Of a DNA stretch of 64,000 nt, positions 9,487 to 20,090 are shown in pieces. The position numbers and the translations under genes were made by a program. Source of the stretch: Halarcobacter sp. (lineage in GTDB: Bacteria; Campylobacterota; Campylobacteria; Campylobacterales; Arcobacteraceae); assembly GCA_963676565.1 (NCBI GenBank), contig OY781089.1, positions 2,784,001 to 2,848,000 on the forward strand, written 5' to 3'. Positions within the stretch are counted from its first letter, which is position 1, and each line of letters begins with the position of its first letter. The notes beneath the pieces are model-generated. The model had not been told where the DNA came from, did not search any database, and saw only the letters and a list, made by a program, of their open reading frames with translations.

Positions 9487-10527
9487 TTACTTCTTACTTA
9501 CTCTTTGACACTCTTTAACAAAGTGGATTGCATTTTCAACAGGAACATCTGGTAAGATACCATGACCTAGATTAAAGATATGACCCTCACCTTGCATTGT
9601 TTTTTGAATTGCTTCAACACATTTAGTAGTCTCTTCTTTTGAGTACAGTCTGCATGGTTCCATATTTCCTTGAAGAACGTACTTTTCACCAAGTTTTTCT
9701 TTTGCCATAGCCATTGGAGTTCCCCAATCTACACCAAATACATCAAAGTTTCCGTAAACTCCACCCATATTTATAAATGCAGATACACCTTTTGGGAACA
9801 TGATAACTGGAATTTCTGGATATTTTGCTTTTATAAAATCTGCAATTTCTACCATATATTTCCATGAGAATTCATCATATCTTCCTGGTTCTATTGCTGC
9901 TGCCCAAGAATCAAAGATTTGAACAACATCAGCTCCAGCTTCAATTTGTTTTACCATGTAATGTTTAACTACTTCAGTTACTTTTCTTAAGATTTTATGT
10001 AAAAGTTCAGGGTTTGAATACATCATTTTTTTACAAATGTTATATGTTTTTGTTCCTTGACCTTCAATCATATAAGTTGCAAGTGTCCATGGAGCTCCTG
10101 TAAAACCAATTAAAGCTTTATCTTCAGGAAGTTTTTGTTTTAATAATTTAATAGTATCATATACATATGTTAATTTATTGGCAGCTTCTTCGCCACCTAA
10201 AAGTGCATCAACGTCTGCTTCTGTAACAACTGGCTTATCAAATTTTGGTCCTTCACCTTTAATGAACTCTAAATCCATTCCCATTTCATGTGGAATAACT
10301 AGAATATCACTAAATAAAATAGCTGCATCTACACCAACTATATCTAATGGTTGAATTGTAACTTCACAAGCTTTTTCTGGATCATGACATAAGTTTAGAA
10401 AATTCCCTGCTTGAGCTCTAACTTCCATATACTCAGGTAAATATCTTCCCGCTTGTCTCATCATCCAAACTGGAGTATAAGGAGTTTCTTTTCTTAAACA
10501 TGCATCTACGAATATTTTTGACATCAA
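9487..10527 (-). CDS. hemE: Uroporphyrinogen decarboxylase
   Basis: [23 protein letters not shown] and FNLGHGI motifs. Confidence 0.97.
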   Translation of the reverse strand: MMSKIFVDACLRKETPYTPVWMMRQAGRYLPEYMEVRAQAGNFLNLCHDPEKACEVTIQPLDIVGVDAAILFSDILVIPHEMGMDLEFIKGEGPKFDKPVVTEADVDALLGGEEAANKLTYVYDTIKLLKQKLPEDKALIGFTGAPWTLATYMIEGQGTKTYNICKKMMYSNPELLHKILRKVTEVVKHYMVKQIEAGADVVQIFDSWAAAIEPGRYDEFSWKYMVEIADFIKAKYPEIPVIMFPKGVSAFINMGGVYGNFDVFGVDWGTPMAMAKEKLGEKYVLQGNMEPCRLYSKEETTKCVEAIQKTMQGEGHIFNLGHGILPDVPVENAIHFVKECQRVSKK

Positions 10528-11060
10528 TGCCCCTCTTCTTCTTTCTTTTCTTTTTTTCCAACTTTACCTAAAAAGTAAAGTCCTATTGAAAGTACCATTA
10601 TAGAGACTGCAAAATAAAGCATCTCTAAAGCACCATCATATTTTGTATGAAGTACTCTTTGGAAAAAACCAACTACAAGTACCATCACAACAACTTTTGC
10701 AATTTTATCTTTTAATTGATCAAGTGATGTAATCGCTAATATATTTTGTCCCTTATTAGACTCTTCAGCTACATCTATTTTAGAAATAAATAATTCATAT
10801 AAACCAAAAGCAAAAATTATCATTACAACAGCAATTAAATAAATATCAACTGCACCAATTATTTTACTAACTATAACTTCATGAAAGTCTGCTGGATGTA
10901 ATCCATTTAAATAAACATTTATAACATACATAAATACTTCAAAAATATCTACTGATCCAACTATAAATAAAATAATAGAACCAATAAGTCCAAAAATGAC
11001 AGCAAGAACAATAAAAATTCTTGTTCGCCACATTGTACCTTCAAAAAGCCTTTCAAGCAT
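10524..11060 (-). CDS. YqhA/UPF0114-family membrane protein
   Basis: Several TM helices; [11 protein letters not shown] and LDQLKDKI motifs. Confidence 0.8.
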   Translation of the reverse strand: MLERLFEGTMWRTRIFIVLAVIFGLIGSIILFIVGSVDIFEVFMYVINVYLNGLHPADFHEVIVSKIIGAVDIYLIAVVMIIFAFGLYELFISKIDVAEESNKGQNILAITSLDQLKDKIAKVVVMVLVVGFFQRVLHTKYDGALEMLYFAVSIMVLSIGLYFLGKVGKKEKKEEEGH

Positions 11061-12097
11061 TAAATATCACTCTCCATCTCAATCCATTTAAGACCAATTC
11101 TAACTGCATTTGTAGCAGCTCCAACTCTTACTTGGTCAGCAACGTTGAAGAAATGAACAATGTTATCAGCATATACATCTTTTCTAATTCTACCAACATA
11201 AGTGATATCTGTATCAGTTGAGATAATTGGCATTGGATAAGCATTATTAGCTAAATCATCAATAACTTCAACATTTTCAAATCTTTCTAAAGCTTCTCTT
11301 ACTTCTGCAACATCTACTGAAGTTCCTTCTTCGAATGTAACAGTAATAGACTCAGAGTGTGATCTTAAAACTGGAACTCTAACACAAGTAGCAGCAACAG
11401 CAATCTCTTTGTGTAAGATTTTTTGAGTTTCAAGAACCATTTTCATCTCTTCTTTTGTGAAGTCATTTGGTTGTTGAACATCAATTTGAGGAATTACATT
11501 ATTTACAATTTGGTGTGCAAATGCTTTTTTCTCAGATTCATCTAATTTAAATGATAATAAATCTTGCATTTGTTTAACAAGCTCTTCCATACCAGTTTTA
11601 CCAGCACCCGAAACTGCTTGATAAGTTGATACATCTACTCTTTTAATTCCATATAATTCATCAAGTGGTTTTAATGCTAATACCATTTGGATAGTTGAAC
11701 AGTTTGGATTTGCAATGATTCCTGTTTCTTTCCATAAAGCAATATCTTCAGGGTTAACTTCTGGAACTACTAATGGAGTTTTTGGATCCATTCTAAAGTG
11801 ACTTGTGTTGTCAATTACAACTGCACCTGCATCAACAGCATATTTTGCATATTCTGCTGAAATAGAACCACCAGCAGAGAAGAATGCAATCTCTACTTCA
11901 TTTTCTTCAAAACAAGTTGGAGTTAACTCTAAAACAGTTACCTCTTTACCATCAAATTCAACTTTACTACCAGCACTTCTTGCACTTGCAAGAGGTACTA
12001 GTTTGTTAATTGGGAAGTTGTAATCTTTTAATACTCTACAAAGTTCTTCACCAACAGCACCTGTAGCACCCACTATAGCTACATTAAATTTTCTCAT
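11060..12097 (-). CDS. asd: Aspartate-semialdehyde dehydrogenase
   Basis: [18 protein letters not shown] and [13 protein letters not shown] motifs. Confidence 0.97.
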   Translation of the reverse strand: MRKFNVAIVGATGAVGEELCRVLKDYNFPINKLVPLASARSAGSKVEFDGKEVTVLELTPTCFEENEVEIAFFSAGGSISAEYAKYAVDAGAVVIDNTSHFRMDPKTPLVVPEVNPEDIALWKETGIIANPNCSTIQMVLALKPLDELYGIKRVDVSTYQAVSGAGKTGMEELVKQMQDLLSFKLDESEKKAFAHQIVNNVIPQIDVQQPNDFTKEEMKMVLETQKILHKEIAVAATCVRVPVLRSHSESITVTFEEGTSVDVAEVREALERFENVEVIDDLANNAYPMPIISTDTDITYVGRIRKDVYADNIVHFFNVADQVRVGAATNAVRIGLKWIEMESDI

Positions 12098-14673
12098 TCT
12101 TCATTTCCTTTATTATCATCTAATTGTAAATTGTTTGTCTCTTCATTCGAATTCATTTCAGTATTATCTTTTAAATTAAATTCTGTTAAATCAATACCAT
12201 CCATTGTTTTTGCATTTTCAATATCAAGTTCATCATCATCCTCTTTTGGACATTTTGCAACTGAAACAACTTTATCTTGTGCATCTACGTTTACAATAAT
12301 TACACCAGAAGTATTTCTTCCCGCTTTTCTAATTGTATTCATATCAACTCTAATCATTTTACCAATTGAAGTTAATGCCATTAAATCCATAGATTCATCA
12401 ACTAATACAGCACCAACAACATTACCAGTTTTTTGGTGAAGTTTCATAGAGATAACTCCTGAACCTGCTCTATTAGTAAGTCTATATTCATCAACAGTTG
12501 TTCTTTTTCCTATACCTTTTTCAGATACAGTTAATAACTCTTGCTCTTCATTATCAACAACATTTGCATCAACTACGAAGTCAGTATCTTTTTTAAATTT
12601 AATACCTCTAACACCTCTTGTACTTCTACCTTGTTCTCTAGTTTTTTCAACTTCGAATCTAATACATTGACCTAAACTTGTAAAGATCATTAGATATTGT
12701 GTTTCTGGAGTTGTAATTTTTGCTGTTACAACTTCATCGGCATCATCAAGAACAATTGCTCTAACTCCATTTGATCTAATATTACTAAACTCAACTAATG
12801 ATGTTCTTTTTACAATACCATTTCTTGTAAAGAATGCTAAAGATTTAGACTCATCAAAATCACTAGTAGGGATAATTGCCATAATCTTCTCATCAGATCT
12901 TAGGTTGATTAAGTTAACAACAGCTTTACCTTTTGCAGTTCTAGATCCTTCTGGAATTCTATAAACTTTTAACCAATATAATTGTCCCATGTTGGTTACA
13001 AACATAAGTGTATCATGGGTGTTTGTTACAAAGAACCTTTCAATAAAGTCATCATCGTGAGTTGTAACGGCAACTTTTCCTTTACCACCCCTTCTTTGTT
13101 TTTCATATGCTTTAATTGGTACTCTTTTTACATATCCATTATGAGTAATAGTAACTACCATTGGCTCATTTGGAATTAAATCTTCAATATCAATTTCATC
13201 ATATGAATCTTCAATTTCAGTTCTTCTTTCATCAGAGTATTTTTCTCTAATTTCAGTTAGCTCTTCTCTGATTATTTCATTTAATTTTTCTTCAGATTTT
13301 AAGATAGCTTCAAGTTCTGCAATAAGTGTTAATAACTCTTGATACTCAGCTTCTAATTTATCCCTTTGAAGACCTGTTAATCTTCCAAGTCTCATATCTA
13401 AAATAGCTTGTGCTTGAATTTCACTAAGACCAAATCTATTCGATAAACTCTCTTTTGCTTCTGCGTCATTTGCAGAAGCTCTAATAATCTTAACAACTTC
13501 ATCAATATTGTCTAAAGCAATTTTTAACCCTTCTAAGATGTGTGCTCTTGCTTTTGCTTTTTCTAAGTCAAAAATTGTTCTTCTAATAATTACAGTTTTT
13601 CTGTGTGCTAAGAAAACATTTAAAAGTTGTGGTAATGTAAATACTTTTGGTTCTTTATTATGAACAGCTAAAAGAATAATACCAAAGGTAGTTTCCATAG
13701 GAGTTGATTTATAAAGGTTGTTTAGTACAATCTCACTCATAGCATCTTTTTTTAGTTCAATTACAACTCTAATACCATCTCTATCTGACTCATCTCTAAC
13801 TTCAGAAATCCCCTCAACAGTTTTTTCTTTTGCTAAGTTAGCAATTTGTTCAATAAGTCTTGATTTATTTACTTGGTATGGAAGTTCATCTAAAACGATT
13901 ACCTCTTTTTTACCTTTTGTTTCAATATGATGTTTTGCTCTAATTTTAACTCTACCACGACCAGTGTTATAAGCATCAATAATTCCTCGTCTACCAAAGA
14001 TTGTTCCACCTGTAGGGAAATCTGGTCCTTGGATAAACTCCATTAATTCATCAGCTGTTGTTTCAGGATTATCAATCATATGTAAAACACCATCTAATAA
14101 CTCACCTAAGTTATGAGGAGGAATTTTTGTAGCCATACCAACTGCAATACCTTCACTACCATTTAAAAGTAAGGTAGGAACTCTTGTTGGTAATACATCA
14201 GGTTCTTTCATTGTATCATCATAATTTGGTACAAAGTTAACTGTGTCTTTATCTAAGTCTTTTAGAACATCTTCAGATATTCTAGTCATTCTAGCTTCGG
14301 TATATCTCATCGCTGCAGCGTTATCACCATCAATAGAACCGAAGTTTCCTTGTCCATCTACAAGAGGAGCTCTCATAGAGAAGCTTTGCGCCATTCTTAC
14401 AAGAGCATCATAAACTGAACTATCACCATGTGGGTGATACTTACCGATTACATCCCCTACAATTCTTGCTGATTTTTTATATGGAGCTCTTGCACTCATA
14501 TTTAAATCATGCATCGCGTATAAAATTCTTCTGTGAACTGGTTTTAAACCATCTTTTGCATCAGGAAGCGCCCGACCTATGATTACACTCATTGAATAAT
14601 CTAAGTATGAAGCTTTTATACTGTCTTCAATATTTATATCAATAATATCTTGATTTTCGAAAAGGTTTTCCAT
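12094..14673 (-). CDS. gyrA: DNA gyrase subunit A
   Basis: [18 protein letters not shown] and GyrA box QRRGGKG. Confidence 0.98.
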   Translation of the reverse strand: MENLFENQDIIDINIEDSIKASYLDYSMSVIIGRALPDAKDGLKPVHRRILYAMHDLNMSARAPYKKSARIVGDVIGKYHPHGDSSVYDALVRMAQSFSMRAPLVDGQGNFGSIDGDNAAAMRYTEARMTRISEDVLKDLDKDTVNFVPNYDDTMKEPDVLPTRVPTLLLNGSEGIAVGMATKIPPHNLGELLDGVLHMIDNPETTADELMEFIQGPDFPTGGTIFGRRGIIDAYNTGRGRVKIRAKHHIETKGKKEVIVLDELPYQVNKSRLIEQIANLAKEKTVEGISEVRDESDRDGIRVVIELKKDAMSEIVLNNLYKSTPMETTFGIILLAVHNKEPKVFTLPQLLNVFLAHRKTVIIRRTIFDLEKAKARAHILEGLKIALDNIDEVVKIIRASANDAEAKESLSNRFGLSEIQAQAILDMRLGRLTGLQRDKLEAEYQELLTLIAELEAILKSEEKLNEIIREELTEIREKYSDERRTEIEDSYDEIDIEDLIPNEPMVVTITHNGYVKRVPIKAYEKQRRGGKGKVAVTTHDDDFIERFFVTNTHDTLMFVTNMGQLYWLKVYRIPEGSRTAKGKAVVNLINLRSDEKIMAIIPTSDFDESKSLAFFTRNGIVKRTSLVEFSNIRSNGVRAIVLDDADEVVTAKITTPETQYLMIFTSLGQCIRFEVEKTREQGRSTRGVRGIKFKKDTDFVVDANVVDNEEQELLTVSEKGIGKRTTVDEYRLTNRAGSGVISMKLHQKTGNVVGAVLVDESMDLMALTSIGKMIRVDMNTIRKAGRNTSGVIIVNVDAQDKVVSVAKCPKEDDDELDIENAKTMDGIDLTEFNLKDNTEMNSNEETNNLQLDDNKGNEE

Positions 14674-14753
14674 TAAAAAATGCCTTTGTTATAAAATTTA
14701 AATATTTTATCTAAAAAAGGCTTAGCAAAAGGTGTTAAGAGTAGTTTTTAAGC

Positions 14754-14794
14754 AAAAAAAAAGGGTGAAATTTTTAAATACTTTCACCCTTTTT
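14754..14794 (-). terminator. Intrinsic terminator after the YdcH-like gene
   Basis: AAAAAGGGTGAAA...TTTCACCCTTTTT inverted repeat with A/T tails. Confidence 0.8.
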
Positions 14795-14811
14795 ACGAAG
14801 AATTTATTAAA

Positions 14812-15033
14812 TTATAAATTGTTCTCTTGTTTATATTTTACAATATAAGAATATACTTCATCTTTTAGTTTTAATTTATCTTTTTTCTTAGCTTCAATTT
14901 CAAATTGGTCAGCAAAATTTTTCTCTAGTTCACTAATCTCTTGATCTAAATCATTATGTTTTTCAATAACTGATTGAAAGTGTGCGTCTTGCTGTTTTAG
15001 TTCAGCGATAATATCTCTATGTTCGTTAAACAT
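14812..15033 (-). CDS. YdcH/DUF465-family small coiled-coil protein
   Basis: 73 aa; DAHF..KHNDLD and KKDKLKLKDEV pattern; AAGGA RBS. Confidence 0.85.
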   Translation of the reverse strand: MFNEHRDIIAELKQQDAHFQSVIEKHNDLDQEISELEKNFADQFEIEAKKKDKLKLKDEVYSYIVKYKQENNL

Positions 15034-15093
15034 TGGCTTATCCTTTCTTTATAAAATTATTAAATTATATCAATAGAGGACTTAATAAAGTGT

Positions 15094-15128
15094 AAAAAAA
15101 TTTGGAACCCGAAATTTATTACGGGTTC
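15094..15128 (-). terminator. Probable terminator after argJ
   Basis: GAACCCG...CGGGTTC stem with a nearby U-run on the minus strand. Confidence 0.55.
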
Positions 15129-15174
15129 TCAAAGTATTTAAGAGTAGTAATTCAAAATAAGTTAAATACCTAAA

Positions 15175-16356
15175 TTATGTTCGGTAATCAGCGTTTATCT
15201 CTACGTATTTATATCCAAGGTCACATCCATATGCAGTGAAACTACCCTCACCTACACCTAAATCACAAATAACTTTAAATTTGTCATTTTGTAACACTTT
15301 TCCTGCTTTTTCTTCAACTTCTTTAGTAAAAACAATCTCGCCCTTATTAAAAACAACTACATCATTATAAGAGATAACTAATTTTGTATCATCACAAGTT
15401 ACACGACTTGCTCCAATTGTTGAAGCTATTCGTCCAAAATTTGGATCTTCACCAAAAAGTGCAGTTTTAACTAATAATGAGTTTGAAAGAGCTTTAGCTG
15501 CAATCTCTGCTTCTTCATTTGAAGCTGCATTAATAACTTCAAAAGCAACTGCTTTTTTAGCACCTTCGCCATCTGCAACCATTAACATAGCCATATCATG
15601 CATTACTAGTCTTAAAACCTCTTTGAAAGCTTCTTTGTCATATGCATTTGATTTTTTATTTGATAATAATAAAACTGTGTCATTTGTAGAAGTATCACCA
15701 TCTACTGAAATTGCATTAAATGTAGTATGAATATTAACATCCAACAGCTCTTGCATATCCTCACTTGGAATAGCTGCATCAGTACAAATAAAACAAAGCA
15801 TTGTTGCAAGGTTTGGATTTATCATTCCTGCACCTTTAGCAACTGCTCCTATTTTAAAAGAACTTCCATCTTCAAGTTTTACTTCATAAAGGCAAGTTTT
15901 AGGAAAAGCATCTGTTGTCATAATAGCTTGACTAAGATTTTCACCATTTTTTGAAGATAAATCAAATGAATTTGCGCCATCAATAATTTTTTGTTTTGGC
16001 AAAGGATTTCCAATAACCCCTGTACTACTCATAATAGGATTAGTGATTTCATGATTTAATGATGAAAAAATCTCATTGATATCATCAATCCCTTTTTGTC
16101 CTGTTAAAGCATTTGCATTTTTTGAATTAACTAATACAAAGTTTGTTTGAAAGTTATTCTCATAGTTTTGATAATGTTTTAGTGGTGCTGCTTGAAATTT
16201 GTTTAGTGTAAATACTGCTTTTACATCACATAAAGTATCACTATATATAAATCCTAAATCTTTGTTTCCGTTTGGTTTTAAACCTGCATGGATTCCATCA
16301 CAGTAAAATCCATCAATTGAATCTATAAAACCTTTTATTGGTAAAATTGTAAACAT
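15175..16356 (-). CDS. argJ: Bifunctional ornithine acetyltransferase / N-acetylglutamate synthase
   Basis: AKGAGMINPNLATML, VDGDTSTND, DGEGA and NADYRT motifs. Start moved from 16383 to ATG 16356, which has AAGGA 9 nt upstream. Confidence 0.95.
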   Translation of the reverse strand: MFTILPIKGFIDSIDGFYCDGIHAGLKPNGNKDLGFIYSDTLCDVKAVFTLNKFQAAPLKHYQNYENNFQTNFVLVNSKNANALTGQKGIDDINEIFSSLNHEITNPIMSSTGVIGNPLPKQKIIDGANSFDLSSKNGENLSQAIMTTDAFPKTCLYEVKLEDGSSFKIGAVAKGAGMINPNLATMLCFICTDAAIPSEDMQELLDVNIHTTFNAISVDGDTSTNDTVLLLSNKKSNAYDKEAFKEVLRLVMHDMAMLMVADGEGAKKAVAFEVINAASNEEAEIAAKALSNSLLVKTALFGEDPNFGRIASTIGASRVTCDDTKLVISYNDVVVFNKGEIVFTKEVEEKAGKVLQNDKFKVICDLGVGEGSFTAYGCDLGYKYVEINADYRT

Positions 16357-16372
16357 AATATTATATCCTTTT

Positions 16373-16522
16373 AAATGTCCCATTTAAAAGGGACCTAAAT
16401 CTATAAACTTCTTTTGACATGATTTGTAAAAAATCATTAAAGAAGCAAATTCTAAAGAGAACAACGAGTTGTGTTCTTAAAATGTCCCATTTAAAAGGGA
16501 CCTAAATCTGTAAACTTCTTTT
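16373..16522. repeat. Two 43-bp direct repeats (107-bp period) with internal hairpins; REP/BIME-like intergenic element
   Basis: AAATGTCCCATTTAAAAGGGACCTAAATCT(A/G)TAAACTTCTTTT at 16373..16415 and 16480..16522, one mismatch. Confidence 0.9.
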
Positions 16523-17642
16523 AAATCTCTTCAGGTTGTTTTTTTAAATTGATAATTCTTTTTGCTTTTGATATTGCTTTTTGACTACCAACTAGAAGAA
16601 GTTTAGAACCTGGGCTGATTACTGCACTACCTTTTGGCATTTGGATAAATCTTCCTTTTTTCTCAGTAATTCCAATAACTGAAACCTTTATCCTATCCCT
16701 TAAGTGTAAGTCCCTAATCTGCCTATTTACAACCCACGAATCTTCTTTAACAAAAGCTTCTTCCATATCAATAGGAGTATCTGGTTTATAAAGAAACTCT
16801 TCTAGAACATTTTCCATATCAGGACGAACTGCCATAGCTGAAACTCTTTTTGCCATAAGAGATGGTGTTGCAACCACTTTATCAGCTCCAAGTTTTTGAA
16901 GTCTGATTTTTTCATTATTTGTTTCGGCATTTGAGATAATCAAAAATGGGCTTCGTCCTAACTCTTTTTCATAAAGTCTAACTGATGCAATAAGTGTAAT
17001 ATTGTTTGAAATATTTTTTGAAAGTGAAATTGCACCCTTTGCTGAACTTAAATGAGATTTCAAAAAAGCTTCCTCTTTAAAAGGTTCCTCTTTTACATAA
17101 TATGGATAATTGCACTCTTTGGCAATCTCTTCAATATCATCACTTGGGTCAACTACCACAAATGGAACATGGTTTTGGTTAAACTGTTTAGCTAACTGTG
17201 CTGTATACTCATTGTGATAAAAAATTACGAAATGACGTCTAAGTCTTGCAATTTTATAAAGCATATTTCGTTCCTTGTATAGTTCAAATAAATTCCCTTT
17301 GATAATTGTATCAATTAATACTGCTGTTGAAAGGGTAAATATAGCAAATCCAAAAATAATCAGGGTAATTGTAAAAAATCTACCTGCTGGTGAGATTGGA
17401 GCAACTTCCCCAAATCCAACAGTTGTAAAGGTAATACCTGTTTGATAAACTGCATCTAAGATTGGAAAATCATCGATTAAAATATAACCCATTGTTCCAA
17501 TTATCATAATGAATTGGACTAAAACTAGAGGTAATCTAAAAGGTTTTAATTGAGAATATATGATTGGGTTTAAATCATATTCTGGTTTGGCTGAATGAAG
17601 TTCCCAGCCTAGAGCTTTTTTAACTCTTCTAAAAATGCTCAT
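16521..17642 (-). CDS. Potassium channel protein (ion channel plus TrkA-N/TrkA-C domains)
   Basis: Selectivity filter TTVGFG between two TM helices; C-terminal RCK-like region. Confidence 0.9.
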   Translation of the reverse strand: MSIFRRVKKALGWELHSAKPEYDLNPIIYSQLKPFRLPLVLVQFIMIIGTMGYILIDDFPILDAVYQTGITFTTVGFGEVAPISPAGRFFTITLIIFGFAIFTLSTAVLIDTIIKGNLFELYKERNMLYKIARLRRHFVIFYHNEYTAQLAKQFNQNHVPFVVVDPSDDIEEIAKECNYPYYVKEEPFKEEAFLKSHLSSAKGAISLSKNISNNITLIASVRLYEKELGRSPFLIISNAETNNEKIRLQKLGADKVVATPSLMAKRVSAMAVRPDMENVLEEFLYKPDTPIDMEEAFVKEDSWVVNRQIRDLHLRDRIKVSVIGITEKKGRFIQMPKGSAVISPGSKLLLVGSQKAISKAKRIINLKKQPEEI

Positions 17643-17666
17643 GAAAGCACTTTCTTAAGTGCTCTC

Positions 17667-17855
17667 TTATGAGTGTTTTTTAAGAGTTCTTAACTCTTTA
17701 GCAGAAACTCTAATTTTTCTAGTTGTACCATCTTCTAAAGTAACTCTAACAGTTCTTAAGTTTGGTAAAAATCTTCTTTTAGTCTTGTTGTTTGCGTGAC
17801 TTACGTTGTTTCCAACCATAGGTCCTTTTCCTGAAACTGAACATCTTCTTGACAT
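17667..17855 (-). CDS. rpmB: 50S ribosomal protein L28
   Basis: [33 protein letters not shown]. Confidence 0.98.
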   Translation of the reverse strand: MSRRCSVSGKGPMVGNNVSHANNKTKRRFLPNLRTVRVTLEDGTTRKIRVSAKELRTLKKHS

Positions 17856-18006
17856 TTTTTATTCCTTAAATTTTGTAGTGAAAAATATTCGCGTATTGTA
17901 CCTTGTTAAACTTAAGTTAAATTTAAAAATAGACCATCTTGTATAAGTTCTTTTATTAAAGATAGTTTTGATAATATTTTATATTATTTATATAAAAGGT
18001 TTATCT

Positions 18007-18816
18007 ATGCAATTATTTGTAAAGTTTATTGTACTACTTTTTTTATCAGTTTTTTCTTTTGCAGTTGAGCTACAAAAGCCTTTAACTTATGAAGAACAAA
18101 ATATAAATGGTTGGTTTATGAGTGAAAAACTTGATGGAATAAGGGGATATTGGGATGGAAAGCAGTTATTAACAAGAAAAGGTAAAAAGATATATCCACC
18201 AAAATGGTTTATAAAAAACTTCCCAAATTTTGAACTTGACGGGGAATTATGGACAAAAAGAAATGATTTTGAAAATATACAAAATATAATAATGGACAAA
18301 AAGCCAAGTGAAGATTGGAAAAATATAACTTATAATATATTTGAAGTTCCAAATACAAAGGGAGATTTTTTTCAAAGATTAGAAAAGGCTAAGTCTTGGT
18401 TTAAAAAGCACCCAAATAAATATGTAAATATTATAAAGCAAATAAAAATAAAAGATGAAAACCATCTAAATAATTACATGGAAGAGATAATATCAAAAAA
18501 AGGTGAAGGAGTTATTGTAAAAGATCCAAGCAAAAACTACCATACAGGAAGAAGTCCTCATATTCTAAAGCTTAAAAAAGCACAAGATATAGAAGGAGTT
18601 GTGATAAGAGTTAATTTTAATGAAAAAACAAAATTATTGAAAAGCCTTGTAATAAAACTTGATAATGGGATAACTTTTAATCTAGGAAATGGTTTTACAA
18701 ATAAACAAAGGAAAAACTATCCAAAAATTGGTGAGATAGTAACCTTTAAATATTTTGGTTTCACTAAATATGGGAAACCAAAATTTGCCTCTTTTTTACA
18801 TGTAAGAAAAGATTAA
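18007..18816 (+). CDS. Minimal ATP-dependent DNA ligase with N-terminal signal peptide (LigE type)
   Basis: SEKLDGIR (KxDG adenylation motif), LDGELW, GEGV, LKLK and C-terminal OB fold. ATG 18007 with AAAGG RBS preferred over 17968. Confidence 0.9.
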   Translation: MQLFVKFIVLLFLSVFSFAVELQKPLTYEEQNINGWFMSEKLDGIRGYWDGKQLLTRKGKKIYPPKWFIKNFPNFELDGELWTKRNDFENIQNIIMDKKPSEDWKNITYNIFEVPNTKGDFFQRLEKAKSWFKKHPNKYVNIIKQIKIKDENHLNNYMEEIISKKGEGVIVKDPSKNYHTGRSPHILKLKKAQDIEGVVIRVNFNEKTKLLKSLVIKLDNGITFNLGNGFTNKQRKNYPKIGEIVTFKYFGFTKYGKPKFASFLHVRKD

Positions 18817-19661
18817 AAAGAGTTAATTATCAAGTTTACTCTTTCTAACTGTTTTTCAAAGGTAAACTCTTTGGCAACATTATAGTTTTGTTCTTTTATG
18901 GTATTTAATTCAGTGTCATCATGTAAAAGTGCATCAAGTTTAAACTGCATACTTCTATCTTGAGGGGATTCCATAGTTGAAAAAACATCCACTAATTCAG
19001 AAGCATCATTTGTAACCGTTGTAAAAACAGCACATTTACAATACATAGCTTTTAGAATGTTTGTATTAAAAGTTTTGTTTGTTGTTGGGAGCAAAAATAT
19101 ATCAGAAGCTATAAAAAGTTTGTCCATATCTTCAAAATCATCCAATAAAATCAATTTTTCACTTAAATCCATACGAGATATTTTAAATTTTAGATTCGCA
19201 ATCTCTTTTTTATCTCCTGCAATAATGGCTACAAAATTTTTATAATTTAGATAGTTAATTATATTTAAGAAATCATATACACCAGAAGTTTTAAAGTTTT
19301 TTGCTGTAAAAAGAAGTGTTTTTTTACTAGTTTCAATATCTAATTGGGAATATACTTTATTTCTAATTTTATCTATATCATCATATTTTATATCAATTGA
19401 TGGATAAACAACTTCGATTTTCTCTTCAAATTCACTAAGTTCTTTTTTTATTCTGTTTGAATTTACAATTACTTTTTTTGCATTTTGAATATTCTCTAAA
19501 GTTTCTTTATCTATATTTCCACTATGAAAATATATATCGGCATTTTCTTTTCTTTTAAGTATTTTTCCAAATACTGAAGACTTTGGAAGCTCTTTTAAAT
19601 TTTCATCTTCTAAAATTTTTTTTATTAATTTTGTTTTTGATTTATAACTTATAGTTTTCAT
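18813..19661 (-). CDS. GT4-like glycosyltransferase with short N-terminus and degenerate motifs
   Basis: C-terminal Glycos_transf_1-like pattern ASDIFLLPT..KTFNTNILKAMYC. Confidence 0.65.
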   Translation of the reverse strand: MKTISYKSKTKLIKKILEDENLKELPKSSVFGKILKRKENADIYFHSGNIDKETLENIQNAKKVIVNSNRIKKELSEFEEKIEVVYPSIDIKYDDIDKIRNKVYSQLDIETSKKTLLFTAKNFKTSGVYDFLNIINYLNYKNFVAIIAGDKKEIANLKFKISRMDLSEKLILLDDFEDMDKLFIASDIFLLPTTNKTFNTNILKAMYCKCAVFTTVTNDASELVDVFSTMESPQDRSMQFKLDALLHDDTELNTIKEQNYNVAKEFTFEKQLERVNLIINSF

Positions 19662-19760
19662 TGTGACATTTTATTATCAATGTACTTAAAGAATTGATGC
19701 TTTTATAATAATTTTATTTATAATTAGTAATAATTATAATTATATATTTAGGCGAAGAAT

Positions 19761-20090
19761 ATGATAAAAAAATCTTATATAAAAGAATATTTCAAAACAA
19801 TCAATAACATAAAAAATTTAGATTTGAAAAAAGTACTAAATTGGGGTTTTTATTTTTCTCATAATAAAAAAGAACATCTAATTATTGTAAGTAATCATTC
19901 TATTTTAAGTAAATATGATTTTAAAGAAATTGTTTCTTGCGATAACACTTACTATCTCCAAATTGCAAAGAATGAGATACATACAGAAGAATCTTTATAC
20001 GAAAGATGTATAGAACTTTATGAATTTTCAAAAAATTTAGGAATTGAAAGTTTTGACGGTTTTGATGTTGAAGAGGTTTTAAAACCTTAG
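19761..20090 (+). CDS. Small RraB-like domain protein
   Basis: WGFYF near the N-terminus and C-terminal SFDGFDV resemble the RraB-like family; recognised by eye only. Confidence 0.5.
   Translation: MIKKSYIKEYFKTINNIKNLDLKKVLNWGFYFSHNKKEHLIIVSNHSILSKYDFKEIVSCDNTYYLQIAKNEIHTEESLYERCIELYEFSKNLGIESFDGFDVEEVLKP

Noticed and set aside
16357..16383. ORF-track argJ start at 16383
   Set aside because: It lies inside the repeat hairpin; ATG 16356 has a properly spaced SD
16373..16522. Mini CRISPR array
   Set aside because: Only two repeats, a 64-bp interval that is itself structured and pairs with the repeat, and no cas genes in the window
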